A DNA stretch of 63,863 bases, filler included, from Neoconidiobolus thromboides FSU 785 (GCA_025603075.1; 4 parts of 4 records of this genome joined end to end with filler, not necessarily neighbours in it), one strand, 5' to 3'. Counted from the first letter of the whole stretch, positions 40,969 through 57,306 are shown. Numbers and translations are program-made. Notes: a model not told the origin generated them from the sequence alone.

Positions 40969-41457
40969 ATAATAGTTAAAGTAAATAAAAAGCTTATGAT
41001 ATTGGAGAGCTTCTATTGGATTATTCAAGCTGAAATTGATAAACTTTTTACTAATCTTCTTTTTGAGGTAAATGATATTGGGGTAAGGTCACTAAAAAGT
41101 GGAATAAAAATTTTAATAAAACATTATCATATATAGCATAATATAAGGATTTGTTTAAAATTTAAAATAGACTTGAAAAAATTCGATTACATTTTATTAA
41201 ATAGATTAATTGAATTGATGTTAGTTTAAGTTTAAGGTTAAGATTAAGTTCTTTAAATGTAACTTCATTTTTTAATTTAGTTGCCATTTTTCTGGACCAA
41301 AAGGCTAATTCTTTGACTTTTTCGATTACTTACCGTACTATAATACCATAACCTATACCTACACTCTTTATTAGCAAAGAAATTAATAAGTAGTGAATAA
41401 ATTGATACTACAACTTGTCTAACATATACATATAAGTTACTTTATGAAGCTTCATAT

Positions 41458-41551
41458 AGAGATACATTTTTGTATTTAGAATTTTACTAACAATTTTTCG
41501 ACTCCAAATAGCGCTTGAAAGATAGAAAAAGTGATGAAGCTAAAAAATATC
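41458..41551 (-). mobile_element. MITE family 1 (first of inverted dimer)
   Basis: ATAT 41454-41457; shares ATAT 41552-41555 with next copy. Confidence 0.82.
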
Positions 41552-41555
41552 ATAT

Positions 41556-41653
41556 GGTGATGTTTTTTCTGGTTTCATTGCTTTTTCCATTTTTTTAAGC
41601 CCTATTTGAGTGGAAAAATTGTTAGTAAAATTCTTACACAAGGATATATTCCC
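41556..41653 (+). mobile_element. MITE family 1 (second of inverted dimer)
   Basis: atat-ggtgatg...atattccc-atat. Confidence 0.85.
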
Positions 41654-42057
41654 ATATTATAAAATGATCAAAGTATAAAAATTTACATTCCTTTGATATT
41701 TTAATAACATCAAAATTTTATTTCTATTTGAAACTAGAAATTCAATTATGTACTTTAGATAATTGGAGTAGCTTTTAAGAAATTAATTAAAAGATAGAAC
41801 ATTATCGGATGTTTGCTTTTTTACTTTAGAATAGAAAATGAATTGATTTTTACTCTTAGCGCAAACTATATAAATTTAAAGGTATTGTATCCTTCAATAG
41901 TTTATTTCGTATAAAATGAAGTAAATGCCCCTGGTACATAAACGACTATATACTTCCATTTAATAATGCTAAGCTTTTAAGAGGTTACTTTATTCTACTT
42001 TTAAAGTATCATTTTTATTCTTAGTTTTATTTACTACTACACTACAAATGTAATTAT

Positions 42058-42157
42058 AGGGAGTGTTTATTTTTTTGGTTTCATTACTTTTCTTATTTTT
42101 AAGTACTATTGAGTGCAAAAAATGTTGGTAAATTTCCAATACAAAAAATATATCTCC
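42058..42157 (+). mobile_element. MITE family 1 (older copy)
   Basis: agggagtg...tatctcc-atat; central AGTACT. Confidence 0.78.
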
Positions 42158-42440
42158 ATATACTATATCAATAATCGTGTAACAAATAATTATAGCTCAT
42201 ATAGCTTTTATAAATGATTAAAGTATATTGAGCAAATTTAAGAGCTAGTATAATAGTTTATAAGTATAGCGATTTACATAATAAAACAAAGTAAATACAT
42301 TTTTAATATTATTTGCTTTAAGCTTTATAATTTTATAATTTAAACAAATAATTAAATTAACATATACAATATTTATTATATTGAGTCTAAACCTTATAGG
42401 AAATACAGATAATGAATAAATTCATTAGATACAGATAAAA

Positions 42441-43334
42441 TTAAATTAGTTTTGGTTTAAGTTTAGCAACAAAGGTAATAAATGTAGCAACTTGTTGAAT
42501 AACACTCAAATTATTAGAGATAGCGTAATGATCACCGAATTCGCCATTGACTAGAGTAGTATTAAAACCAATTTCATTTAGTTTGTCCTGGAAATGAATG
42601 GATTGATTTTGATGTACTAAAGGATCTTGAATAGAGTTTATTAATAGTACTTGTGGCAATGGTGAATAATGAATAGTATCAATTGCCTTTTTTGAAACAA
42701 ACTGAGGTGATGCTTGTTTCCAGATAGTTGTATTGCTTTTATTAGAGTTATCATCATTAAAAGCAATATTTAGAAACTTTTTACCATAATTATAATCCTG
42801 TTTATATAATAATGGTAAATCAAAGATACCACCTAATGAAATAACTCCTTTAATTTTAGATACAGAATCTAATATATGATTATTTTTAGGCAAATAGTGA
42901 TTAGCATTAAGTGCCATCATACTTGAAATTTGACTACCAGCAGAATGTCCACCTAAGAATATTAAATCTGGGTTGATATTGAGCTGTTTTTTGTTATTTA
43001 GAACATGCGAAAACCCTTTGAAACAATCAAGGATATGATCTGGATATTTGATGGAATTGCTTGAAGAACTCAGACGATAATTTAATACAACAGTAGCAAT
43101 ACCAAGGTCGGCTAATTTGGAAGCAAACTCACTATCATCTCTTTTGTCCCCTGACACCCATGCTCCACCATGAATCCATATCAATAAGGGAGTATTGATG
43201 CTTTGATCTTTTGGCAAATATACATCATAGCTATTAATCCAATTTGATGTATCGCCAGTATACGTTATATTCTGAAGATTATTGATTGGTAATAAAAGTT
43301 TACTTTTAAGTGGGATATGTGGCCAAACAATCAT
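42441..43334 (-). CDS. Alpha/beta-hydrolase, HSL/kynurenine-formamidase-like (297 aa, intronless)
   Basis: IWIHGGAW oxyanion motif, GHSAG nucleophile elbow, QDPLV Asp, GDHY His. Confidence 0.9.
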   Translation of the reverse strand: MIVWPHIPLKSKLLLPINNLQNITYTGDTSNWINSYDVYLPKDQSINTPLLIWIHGGAWVSGDKRDDSEFASKLADLGIATVVLNYRLSSSSNSIKYPDHILDCFKGFSHVLNNKKQLNINPDLIFLGGHSAGSQISSMMALNANHYLPKNNHILDSVSKIKGVISLGGIFDLPLLYKQDYNYGKKFLNIAFNDDNSNKSNTTIWKQASPQFVSKKAIDTIHYSPLPQVLLINSIQDPLVHQNQSIHFQDKLNEIGFNTTLVNGEFGDHYAISNNLSVIQQVATFITFVAKLKPKLI

Positions 43335-43980
43335 ATTTATTCAATTTTTTATCCTTTTTGTCATTGCTTTCTTAATTTATTTATATTTAAAACTGTTATC
43401 TGGTTACTACAACGTTAGCTTGTGATTCAATGAAAGCGGTACAAATGTTATTACTTTGACAGTTTAATGCATAAAATTTAATCTACAAAACTGCAAATTG
43501 TTTTCATGTTCTATTATATGAGGTAATTCTAATTTATATGACTTTTTTTGCTTTTAATCACTTCAATTGTTATACTTAAGTTTAAAACCTTAAATAACTT
43601 GGCAAATTTTTTAGTTGATTGTTAATAGATCTAAGTGACTTTAAAAAATATGCTGCGCCAGAATCAAATGTTCTATTACTGTGCTTTAATCTACTACAAT
43701 TTTTTTTTGTAATATGAACAATTTGATTTTGTTTTTATCATGTTCTTATAAATGATAGGCGTAATTAAATGAAGTAAAAGCTTCTGATGCTCAAATAAGA
43801 TAACGTTGACTTAGTCATATTAGATCGATTTTTTATCTTTTTTGATTTATTAAAACATTTACAGTTATTTGCTTAACTCTTATTTATTAAAATAAAATTA
43901 ATATTTAATATATTAGTAATGGATACTTTTTACTGCCATGAAAAACATTATAAATATTCTATAATATCAAAAAATAATAT

Positions 43981-44078
43981 GAGGATGTTTTTTCTGTCTT
44001 CATTACTTTTTCCATTTTTAAGCGCTATTTTAGTGGAAAGATTATTAGCAAAATTCCTAAACGAAAAAATATATCGCC
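43981..44078 (+). mobile_element. MITE family 1
   Basis: atat-gaggatg...atatcgcc-ttat. Confidence 0.85.
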
Positions 44079-44394
44079 TTATGCATAATACTATTAACTC
44101 ATTTTAATAGTAACAAATAAATCTGGTTCTATATTAAGATGCGAATTTTTAGTGACTTTACTTTCAGTATAAATCCAGAAATTCATACAAGTAATATTCG
44201 AAAGTGAAAATAAAATCAAGCATTTGACTGGTTAGTATTTAGTATTTTTAATTATTTGAGATTGCTAATTTTTGTTATAATATATGTTATATTAAAACTT
44301 AGCCTTAATTTGATAATAGATAAATAGTTATTTAAATTAATAAGCGGTAATGTATTTTATGTTTATTTTTACCAAATATTTTTATTACTTAATG

Positions 44395-44480
44395 TTTTTT
44401 TATGTTTTTTTATATTTTTTTATATTTTTTTATATTTTTTTATATTTTTTTATATTTTTTTATATTTTTTTAATATTTTT
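44395..44480. repeat. 10-bp tandem repeat (TATATTTTTT)n
   Basis: About 7-8 units at 44401-44480. Confidence 0.9.
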
Positions 44481-44679
44481 TTTTATCACATCTTAATATT
44501 TTGTATTATAGCATTATATAGTATTATTGCATTTCAAAGATAGCTTTTCTAATTATATTCATCTAAAATATATACTGGCTTTTCAATGGTCACAGATTAC
44601 TTGAAGACTTCTTTCTTAAAGCTTTCGTGTTAATTATGTTTAGCTATTTATAAAAGTATTAGTTTCAGATTCTTCCTCA

Positions 44680-44779
44680 NNNNNNNNNNNNNNNNNNNNN
44701 NNNNNNNNNNNNNNNNNNNNNNNTTAATTAATTAANNNNNNNNNNNNNNNNNNNNNNNNNNNNNNNNNNNNNNNNNNNN
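44680..44779. other. Artificial gap/linker N44-TTAATTAATTAA-N44
   Basis: Same 100-nt layout. Confidence 0.97.
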
Positions 44780-44890
44780 TTTATATCTTGAAAAAATTAT
44801 ATTTATTTTATTACTATTAGTAATTAAATTGTTAATTTTATTCATTTGTAAATAAAAATCTCAAATTTTAAAATCAACCAATTAATATTT

Positions 44891-44984
44891 GGGGATGTTT
44901 TTTTTGATTTCATTATTTTTCCATTTTTTAAGCGCTATTTGAGTGGAAAGATCGTTAGTAAAATTCTTAAAAAAAAACATCCTC
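44891..44984 (+). mobile_element. MITE family 1, TSD ATTT
   Basis: attt-ggggatg...acatcctc-attt. Confidence 0.9.
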
Positions 44985-45668
44985 ATTTCCTATTTTACTT
45001 AATACTTTAAAGCTGTTTTTCTGATATAGAAGATTTTTAAAATGTTTATTGGTTACATTTTTTCATAATGCTCAGTGAAAAAAATTAGTTGATATTTGAA
45101 ATATTATTTATAAATTTTTTTGAACATATAATATGAAAAGTTTTAGAATTTAAAGAAATTAGCCATGTCTGTTTATGTATTAATTTTTATAAATTTTTTA
45201 AACGAAAGCTTTAAGTATTAAACCAATTAAAGAGTTTTTTATATAATAAATCATATTTTATTATTTTATTATTTTATTATTTTTTAAATATAAGACACCA
45301 AACTATATCAATAAAGTTTATTTATTATAATAGATTAGATTTAATAAATCTAGCTTTATTTTTATTTTTATAAGGTTTGAAATTATTATATAGCTTCTAT
45401 TGTTTAATTTTTAATAGCTTTATTAAATATGGGGATATATTTTTTTGTTTAAGGATTTTATTAATTATTTTTGAACAACTATATTAAATTATGTTTATAT
45501 TAAATTCAGAATTTCTATATCTATTATAAGAAAAAGTTATAGCTGATAATAATGCTACTTGTTAGTTTTTATTTTTTATTTTTTATTTTTTATTTTTTTT
45601 GAAGTATTAATTTTACATATTATTTGGTTGAGTTTATTATTATCAATAATAAACTTTAATATATATAT

Positions 45669-45768
45669 GGGGATGTTTTTTTTGGCTTCATCATTTTTTA
45701 TATCTTTTAAGCACTGCTTTAAGCGGAAAAATTATTAATAAAACTATTAAACATAAAAATACATCACT
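45669..45768 (+). mobile_element. MITE family 1
   Basis: atat-ggggatg...acatcact-atat; central AGCACT. Confidence 0.85.
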
Positions 45769-45927
45769 ATATATTATATCTACTAAACACTTGATAAGAT
45801 TATTTTAAACATTTAATAGAAATAACGTAAAGCATATAATTAAAAAAATTAGTTATCTAGAAAAATAAGTCTTTTAAATTAAATTTTCTATTTAATTTCA
45901 AGCTTTTTTAAATTTAACTAATTATAT

Positions 45928-46023
45928 GGGGGTGTTTTTTTAGTTTCATCACTTTTTCTGTCTTCTAAGCGCCATTTGAGTCGAAAAGTTATTGCAAAAT
46001 TCTTAAATACAAAATACATCCCC
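45928..46023 (+). mobile_element. MITE family 1
   Basis: atat-gggggtg...acatcccc-atat. Confidence 0.9.
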
Positions 46024-46289
46024 ATATATTAAAGGCTTGTAGATGTAAAAACTTGAAATTTAGATCAATTTTTAATTAAGTTCTGATATTAATTTAGACA
46101 TCTCTATATACCTATGTTATAAAATAATTAAGCAAATAATAAATAAACTTTAACAAAAATACCTCATGAAATGCATATACCTTTGAATAGATTTTCATCT
46201 ATTAAAGTAATAATACTAGGATAATTTTTAGATCATATTTTTTAAAGTCAAGGGTATCAAATATTTGTTAATAAATAAAATCTACTATT

Positions 46290-46350
46290 GGGGATGTATT
46301 TTTATGTTTAAAATTGGTAGTAAAACCCTCAAACAAAAAAATACATCCTC
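46290..46350. mobile_element. MITE family 1 internally deleted derivative with two right-type ends
   Basis: ggggatgtattttt...aaaatacatcctc-atat, 61 bp. Confidence 0.65.
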
Positions 46351-47164
46351 ATATGTTATTATTATTTTACTGTTGTTTTCGTTATTAAGTAAACATGATT
46401 ACTTTACTTCATTCATTACAAAATAAAGTTCACTATTGCTATCTAAGATTCAAATTGCCTTATTGACTTAGATTTATATTAAATATTATAAACCCAGACT
46501 CACCTTGATATAATCTTTAATTGACTGTTAATCAAGTTAACAATAATATCAATATAAACTACCTTTGGATTAATTTCAGCACAAATATTATCATAATTTG
46601 AAAAGCATAGAACACTAGTTAATTGAGAATTTGGTTATAGCATCTATAATAATATAATTATATAATTACAGGGTTACTAAATATTCAAATTCAAATTTTT
46701 TATAAAATTCCCGAATTTGATTAAGTTCTTTAACCTTACAACTTGAATGCATTTTATCCCTTATCTAACTAAATAGTGAAATTTGATTGGCTTCATTTTC
46801 TCATTTTTGTAAATAGATTTTTTAGGGATAATGATGAAGTTTTTATTCTTTTCATAATTTAATATACTGAATAAATATATAAATTTTTTTAAAATTCAAG
46901 AATGGTCTATATTGTATTATATTGTATTATAATAACATGTCTATAACTTAAGATAAGTTAACCTAAATAAAATTTATATTGCCGAGAACAGTATAGAATT
47001 TGTTGAAAAAAAACGCAAAACAAGCAACTTAGTATAATTAACTTGCTACTTTATTCAAGTTAAAAAGCAATTGAAAATTATAATATTTTCAAATTAAATA
47101 TATATATTTTAAACTAAAGCATTGAATTATAATATTAAAATTAGCATCACACTACTACATGTAA

Positions 47165-49627
47165 TCAAAACTGATATTCTCTTTCGTATTCGACCCCATA
47201 AAAGACGAATAATTCTTGACCTTTGAATACATCACATTCAGTAATACACTCCACTTGATTTAATTCAGAACCCTCATTAAATCTCACATTAGTAAAATCG
47301 GGATGTTCATTCATAAAATGAAAGGGGCATAGTATACCTCCATCTTTATCTTTATATAATTCATTGTTATTATCAGTAGCATCTAATATAAAATCATAGT
47401 ATTTTATGGAGTAACTACTAACATACTTATTTAACCCTTTATGCTTATCAAAATCGTATTCTGTAGTAGGAACCCCAAAATAATACCCTATGACTGTATC
47501 TTTGGGTACAAATCTTTTTGCAAATAAGCCTAGGTTAGCTCCTTTAATGGTTGAGGGTCCAACATAAAACAAATCTTTCCAATTTGTTGGTATTGGAAGC
47601 TGTTCACGATGGTGCTTTCTACTTTTAATTACAGTTTCAGCGGACGAAGTAGAAGTGAGTTGAATATCATCAATAACTTCAATTTCTGAATTGTTGAGAG
47701 AATTTACGGTCCTAATAGCTGAGTCAGAAGTGGGTTGAATATCGTTAATAGCCTTAGTCTCTTGATTATCATTATTAGAATGAATGGAATTATAAACTAG
47801 GGTAGCACTGCTTGAATGGTCTATAACTTCAAATTTAGCTGAAAAAGTAGAATTATTTATATTTAAGGTATTGACAGTTGAGGATTGTATATTAACTTGA
47901 TTTAGATTGGTTGCATTATTTATAGAAGATATAATAGGTGAGTTGTTATTATTGTTAGTTAAAGCTGAAGATTCTTCAGTTAATGGTAACGAATTAGGAA
48001 TATCATTCATAATAGATGGGCTAGTAGAAATAGGCGGATTGTTATTAAGTTGATTAGCAGCATTGTCTTCCGAAATAATAGGAGATATAACTAAAGGAGA
48101 AGGATTTGAATCTACAGCAATATTATTTATAAGAGAAGGATTGGACTCTATTGTTAAATTTTTCAAAAGTGAATTATAACTCTGTTGATAAGTTTGATTT
48201 TCCAATTTTACTTTTTTACACCTTAAATCTAAAATGATTCTATGTGGGTATTTATATTGGTTTTGTTTTAATAATTTTTTTTTCTCTTTAATTAAAAAAT
48301 TGGGTGCATTACAAGTTAAAAAATTAGGGTTTTCATCATCTGGATTTTTTCTAAAGGCTAATTTTAAACTCTTTTTTGTCTTTTTATAAATTTGTTGATA
48401 ATTTTCAGGTTCATATATTTTACCTAATACTTTAGAATATAATTGTTCATTCCATTCTTGATGTTTTTTATAAGCAAATTCAAAATTATCTAATGGAAAT
48501 ACGGGTTTAAAATGCTCAATTGGGTTACCAGGTACATTGAACTTTTCAAAAATTCCTTTGGTATTATTTGTTAAGGCACTTGAATAACTATTCTTGGGTG
48601 TCTATAAAATAATTATCAATATCTTCTATATTTTTAAATATAATAAGAGTAAATCATTTACCTTACTATTACATATCTTTATAGAACTATTTTCTTTGTT
48701 CAGTTGCTTTAAAAAACTATCAGCTGCTGCAAAGATTTGACTTCGAGTACCTTGGTTTTCAGGTATCATACTTAAGGCTTTAACTAAGAGAAAGTCGATT
48801 TTGGCCCATCTCTTTTTTTTACCCAATACACTTTTTTTACCTTTACTTTCTTCAGCTGGTTTGATACTGCCGTTATTATCTATTTCTGAGCTTTCCCTGC
48901 TATCTTCAATTAGTTTGGTATTACTACTATTGTCTGTTTCTGAAGCTTCCTTGCTTATATCACAGCCAATTAAGCCTTCAACTTCTTCTTGAATCTCTTT
49001 CTCATCTGTTTTTTCACCTTGCTTTGAAGAGGTTGAAGAAGTAGTAAGACTACCCTTTTTCTTAGATTTGGGTGAACGTTTCTTTTTTATTGGAGTTTTA
49101 GACTTAGTTTTTGAAGGAGTTACGAACGGCGTGGAATTGATTGCATTATCTATTAACATAGTTTGTTCTTGAATATTAATATTGTCATTTGATAGTATCT
49201 CAATGGTAGAAGACTGGTCCACTTTAATCGATAAAGTAGAATTGGAATCTTCACTTGATGTTTGTTTAACAGGAGATAAAAGTAACTCTTGAGATAAATT
49301 ATGATTATTTTCTGATCTAAAATTACTAATATCCGAAAAATTGACAGTTACTTCAGAACTTTTATCAGGTAATAGATTAGATGAGTTTCGAGTTGGATAT
49401 TCCACTTTAGCATCATGATAAATTTCAATAATTTCTTTTTTACTACGACCTTCAGCTAAGGAAACAGCAGCATGAGCTAACATATCTAATGGAGTGGCAA
49501 AGAACTTACTATTAAATGAAGTATTTAAACTTTTAGACATTTGGTTTATTTGGTATGGAGAGTCTGGGGATTTAGGTGGTTCGGAAGGGTTCTTATTTTT
49601 TAATACGGGTGGTGATAAATTCTGCAT
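47165..49627 (-). CDS. 800-aa protein: low-complexity N-terminus, winged-helix (HARE-HTH/H15-like) segment, C-terminal minimal SET domain
   Basis: ORFs 48626-49627 and 47165-48205 join via a 60-nt intron 48602-48661; exon 2 is open 48601-47165; SET motifs STIKGANLGLFA, HFMNEH, ELFVFYGVEY. Confidence 0.85.
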
Positions 49628-49899
49628 TTTCTTATATTACTTTCCTTTTACCTTAGTAAAAATGCAGATACAGATTAGTTTTGTTTGTTCAATTCAGAAT
49701 ATTGACCTTGTTATATTAAGGTTGGAATTCAACGTGTTGAAAAGTTTAAGTTAGAAATTTTTTTCAAATATTTTTATTAATATTTAATTAAGATAAACTT
49801 TCAAATAATCTAATCCAATCAAAAAGAAATTTTATAAACAATAATTGATTAAATAAACATTGTATTTAATAAAATACTATTAATATTATTAAGTTTGAA

Positions 49900-51558
49900 A
49901 TGTATTTAAAGACGATAAAATCATCTGTTTACCAAAATATTCGATGTTATTCAATTCAAAAGAAAAATATCAATAAGATTTGGATATTAAGTGATGGTAT
50001 TCAAGGTAACGAAAATAGAAGTATGGCTTTAGCAAATACATTTAACGCATCTACTGAGATAAACTATATAAAAACAAAACCAAGTAAGTTTATTATTACA
50101 TTATTATATTATTATTAGCAATACTGATACTATTTTTAAAAGTATTGAATAGTTTTCCTATGTTTTTAAAGAGATATTTAGTTGATTGGATTAAGTATAA
50201 TAAAAATAACCAATTTATAGGTAAATATAATGTATTAAAAATAGGGGATAAGGAATTAATTTCTTTTAGATAAATTACCATTTTATTTAGAAAACACCAA
50301 CAATATAAAACTAAACATATCCAACCAACCTGATTTAGTTATATCTTCTGGAATAGATACTGTTTTACCAAGTCTATTTTTAAGAAAAGTATTAGGACCA
50401 GCCACTTTCTTTAGTAATATAACTCTATATTAACTACAACTTGGTTAAATTAATTCTTTTTTTAGCTCATATAGGCTACCCCAATCTACCATTTAAAAAC
50501 TTTGATGGTGTAATCTTAATGAAACATGAATTACTTAAGTTAGGTAATACAGGCCATAACTATCAAATAATATAATTAATTAACAAACTAAAAAATAGCT
50601 CACCTTGGTCCTGCTTTATCCCAACAAAAAAACAGGATGACAATACCAGTAATAGTTTGCCGCAATATCACTTATTGTTTTACTAATCGCTATATTTTAG
50701 CTTGCTTTAAATAATATTCGAAATGAATTAAAATTGGAATATACCCAAATTACTAAATACTTAGATCAACGATTTATTGATAAAAAAGAAAATTCTCCAA
50801 TTGTTGCTTTTCTTATGGGAGATATACCAGCTAATTTTTCATTCTTAAATCAACATGCGGTAGAATTAGCTGAATCAATTGAAGTAATTGTTATTTTCAG
50901 ATTTTAGTTTTGGTTTAATCTCCTTTTTAGTTATTGGTAAAAAAATTCAATGCTAGAATATTGATTACTCATTCTAAAAGATCACCAGATTTTGTAATTT
51001 CATTTTTAATTTTAACTTGTATTTTGCTTACTTTATAATAACCTAGGTTAAATTACATCTTAAAACTAAATTACAAAAGTAACAATATTTAATACATCTA
51101 GAAATAAATTTAACCTATTATAGATTGATAACTGATGGTTACCCAATTTACTCATGGGAAGATGAAAAAGATGGTAAAAATCCCTATACCAGTATATTAT
51201 CCACAGCCACACATTTTGTTGTACCAGCAGGCAGTGTGAATTTAATATCTGAAGCAATCACAACAAGGTAATTGTTGAATATTTTATTAAGCTATAAAAA
51301 ATCAATTTATACTTGGTTCATAGAAAACCTGTTTATTTAGTAGGAATAGATCGTTGTAAAAATGAGCTAGCTACCTTAAGTCAACGCTTAATTTACGAAA
51401 GGTATGCACGTGCTTATAGAGTTAGTAAAAATTACAAATCTCCAGGAGATCCTTTATCTTATATTGGTGAACATCCACCATTTAATTGTTTTGATCAAGA
51501 TATTCCATCTTTAGCAAAACAACAGTTAATGGAATTAATTAATGAAAAATATACTTAA
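49900..51558 (+). CDS. ELM1: Mitochondrial fission ELM1-family protein (multi-exon)
   Basis: IWILSDGIQGNENRSMALA, PDLVISSG, FDGVILMKHE, ILITHSKRSP, NPYTSIL..GSVNLISEA..KPVY; presequence-like N-terminus. Confidence 0.85.
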
Positions 51559-51697
51559 TAGAATGATAATAAAATATAAAAGTTAAATTTAAAAAACAAA
51601 AATAAAAGACTAGTTAAATTATTATTGCTATTATTATTATCTTTATACAAAATAGGAAATTAATATTATTATATCATTAAATATAATATATTATGGT

Positions 51698-54842
<3,145 letters not shown>

Positions 54843-55181
54843 TATGTTTATTAAAACTATTGAAACGTCACTCCTTTTTTTTCTCCACTTATTTAATAAA
54901 CCCTTAAAATTGCAATTTTATTTTTGCAATTTTGAAGATGCAAAATTTACTACTTTACTATGTTGTAAAAATTTATGTACATGTGATATTAAAGTAGAAT
55001 AATATGTAAGAAAATAATAAAAGCTTCAAGTTGTATAATATCATCTAACTTTATTGAAATTGGCCCTTAAATATAACGCCTTCTGCTTCAATAACTTTTA
55101 CCAATTTAAATCACTAATTTAAACAAATAAATAATAATAAAACATCATTTTATTTTTTATTAATTCACTCATCAATTCCAA

Positions 55182-55961
55182 TTAATAAGCAAAACTAGCC
55201 TTCCATAAACCATCATTAAGATAATGAACTAAATCAACACCATTGCCTTTATTAATTTTCTTACTAAAAATAGATTTCATTAACTTTATATATATAAATT
55301 TTATATAAAAAAACTTACATATCCTCTGTTGACATTTTCGTAATACCAATAGCTAATGGATGTTTTTTGCCTTCTGCAAAGATAGCCACAATACTTTCTT
55401 CTGGTAAAGAAACTGGCATATCAGCTCCTTTGGAAGTTAAACCTGGACACATGATATTCGCTCCTGATAGTATAAATTTTATAGCTCCTTTGTCTACTTG
55501 TAACTTGGGTAGTATACTTGGGTCTGGAGTAAAAATTTAATATTAATATATATATAATGCATTTTGGTTACATTGTAATAATAATTTCATTGTTGGATAA
55601 TAAGGACCATCGTGATGATTGAAAAATTTAGCTTCGCCATTAACAGTTACAAACTCAACGTTTTCTAAAGAGCTAAAGCATAAGATGAGTAACCATTTTT
55701 TAAAATCATAAGTGGTAAAAAAAAACAAAACTTACTATTTTTGTATAATAATGGGAGCTTTTTTGGGTAAAATTTCTTCTAAGTTACCTTCAATATGTGG
55801 ATATTGTTGAATGATTTTATTACGAATAGCTCGTTGTACCGAAGATTTTACTTGGGTACGATTCTTAATATCTTCTTGGACGTCAAATCTAATGATAGAA
55901 TGTTAGAATTACTCGGTTTATTCTTCGTCATTATTGCTTTTTTTAATTACCTTTTAAACAT
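55182..55961 (-). CDS. TMA20: MCT-1/Tma20 PUA-domain translation re-initiation factor
   Basis: [45 protein letters not shown]. Confidence 0.95.
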
Positions 55962-56683
55962 TGGATAAAGTACAAGTAAGCATTTTAAATTAATTTATTT
56001 TGGTGTTTTGACAAAAAGTAAACTTAATTGCAAAAATTGAAATCATTTTTGAGCTGAGTTGCTTAATTCAAAATTTAAAGTTTGACATTGATTTAGGGAA
56101 CTGATAAAATCATAATACTTCTTGAATTCAATTATTTAATCTGCTGAATCAAGTTGCTTAATTTGAATTGGATTAATACATTACTTGTTCTTAGTTGAGT
56201 CTATTTAGTTTTGACGGAGTTTAATTTTTTTAAGATCCTTCACTTATTATTTCACTCAAATAGTACTTGAAAAATGAAAAAAGTAATAAAACTAAAACAC
56301 CTTTTAATTAAAACTAAAAAACTAACTTAATTTATTTAATATTTAACATGAGAGTTTTATTTTTTTTGTGGTTTTAATAATTGATATTAGATAAATTATC
56401 AGAATTATATAAAAAAGCAAACGTTTCTGTAATACCTAATACTTAATTTGCAATTTTTGCTAAAAAAAAAACAAGATTAAATAAAATTCAAATTAAGTTT
56501 TTAAACTTATATAGCATTGCTTTACTAGCTTTATAATTAACCATAATATAATAATCATTTAAATTGTTTATAAAATTAATTGTAGTTTTATGGTTAATTC
56601 AATTATAATTTATATAATAAATTTGACTAGTTTCAGATAAATTTATTATTGAAAGTTATTATATTTTTAAACAAAATAAATAT

Positions 56684-56778
56684 GAAGATGTTTTTTTTGA
56701 TTTTATTACTTTTTCTATTTTTTAAGTACTATTTAAATGGAAAGGTTATTAGTAAAATTCTTAAAGAAATAGATCCGC
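56684..56778 (+). mobile_element. MITE family 1 (older copy)
   Basis: atat-gaagatg...gatccgc-atat; central AGTACT. Confidence 0.78.
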
Positions 56779-56855
56779 ATATTATTAATTATAAATATAT
56801 TAAATATTTTTAGTTGGATCTTTTAATATAAATAAAGATTTTAATAAATACATAT

Positions 56856-57206
56856 AGGGATGTCCGAATTTCATTTTTTTATTCAATTTTCAAATATTTT
56901 ACATCTTAAAAACTTTACTTGAAATTCTATAAAAATAAATTCCTTATTAAAAATCGAAAGTATCCGATACAGTTTTAACTTATGTTGTTACAATTTAGCG
57001 GATTTTTTATTGAACTTAATAGAAATTCCTGGATTAGTAAAGCTTTTACTAATGTAGCCTATATATTGATATTGATTAAAGCTGTAGTATGTAAATAAAT
57101 ACATATAAAACTTTATTAAGAAAATTTTATTATTGACTGCTTTATAACTAACATTGCAAATTTACCATCAAATAAATAAATAACTTTAATGTTATAATTA
57201 TAGTAT
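56856..57206 (+). repeat. Dispersed repeat family 2, truncated by gap
   Basis: Starts atat-agggatgtccgaatt; collinear with 1066-1440. Confidence 0.6.
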
Positions 57207-57306
57207 NNNNNNNNNNNNNNNNNNNNNNNNNNNNNNNNNNNNNNNNNNNNTTAATTAATTAANNNNNNNNNNNNNNNNNNNNNNNNNNNNNNNNNNNNNN
57301 NNNNNN
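57207..57306. other. Artificial gap/linker N44-TTAATTAATTAA-N44
   Basis: Same 100-nt layout. Confidence 0.97.
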
